Shown: positions 63,546 through 64,000 of the stretch, piece after piece | Numbering within the stretch: position 1 is the first letter of the stretch | Layout: each line of letters begins with the position of its first letter | Assembly (NCBI GenBank): GCA_020025825.1 | Contig: JAHHRL010000009.1 | Coordinates: 1,783-65,782 of the forward strand | DNA length: 64,000 bases | DNA from: Faecalibacterium sp. | GTDB lineage: Bacteria > Bacillota > Clostridia > Oscillospirales > Ruminococcaceae | Direction: 5' to 3' | The notes under the pieces: model-generated | The model's database searches: none | Seen by the model: the letters and a program-made list of their open reading frames with translations, nothing else | What the model was told of the DNA's origin: nothing | Made by a program: the position numbers and the translations under genes

Positions 63546-64000
63546 TTATCCTTCCGTAAACATAGCATGCAGGCGAGGGGCGCGCTCAATCAAACGTACT
63601 AAGATAACACCCAAGACGCAGCAGCTGATAATCTCACCAATGCCCACGGATACCATGTTAAACAGGATAACGGGGCCGGTGATAGCACCATTAGTAAAGA
63701 AGAAAGAAATCTCCAGACCAATGATAATTGCATTGAAAAGTACAGGCGGAACAGAAGCCAGTAAAGTCAAACCAAACGTACGTACATTGCGCAGCAAGTA
63801 AGTAAAGATGCAAGCAAGCAGTGTTGCCAATGTACCAAATACAATGTCCAGTGCAACCGTAGTACCCATTGCTGCACCCAGCATATTGGCTAACAGGCAG
63901 CCCAGCGTTACACCAATGATGTAATCTGCACCGAACACGGGCAGCAGGCACAGGGCTTCAGAGATACGGACTTGCAATGCACCAAACGAGATGGGTGCCA
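63546..64000 (-). CDS. QueT family (queuosine precursor) transporter, 5' end outside window
   Basis: PISFGALQVRISEALCLLP, GCLLAN, DIVFGTLATL, SVGIGE. Confidence 0.88.
   Translation of the reverse strand, partial: APISFGALQVRISEALCLLPVFGADYIIGVTLGCLLANMLGAAMGTTVALDIVFGTLATLLACIFTYLLRNVRTFGLTLLASVPPVLFNAIIIGLEISFFFTNGAITGPVILFNMVSVGIGEIISCCVLGVILVRLIERAPRLHAMFTEG

Noticed and set aside
63546..64000. preQ1 riboswitch for queT
   Set aside because: It would lie upstream, beyond the window end, so it cannot be assessed

Overview
Chromosomal window from an anaerobic gut-type Firmicute (Clostridia, most like Oscillospiraceae/Ruminococcaceae, judged by gene content and protein signatures). Most of it is core genome: two initiator tRNA-fMet genes flanking gpsA, a divergent type IIA topoisomerase pair, rlmH, coaD, comM, pgm, rpmE, yigZ-dgt-dnaG-sigma70, rpoBC, rpsL-rpsG-fusA-tuf, plsC and secA. 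Two multi-gene accessory modules stand out. (1) An iron/metal module at about 1.8-9.8 kb: feoA, feoB, Cys-rich peptide, DUF3793, DtxR-family repressor, CydDC-like ABC heterodimer, YgbA-like and YbaN-like genes. It carries four copies of a TTAGC-N4-RCTAAC operator and is followed by a candidate CU-rich sRNA. (2) A 10-gene Mrp/Mbh-type membrane cluster between rpoC and rpsL with four complex-I-type antiporter subunits and no redox or hydrogenase arm. Other features: a group B-type [FeFe]-hydrogenase, GH3 and GH79-like hydrolases, a MATE transporter and an amino-acid ABC importer with ArgR-like boxes. By eye, GATC is nearly absent outside rpoBC and the str operon, and the 5' part of rpoC has shifted codon usage. 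No CRISPR array, transposase, integrase or prophage was seen. All calls come from reading the sequence; no searches were run.
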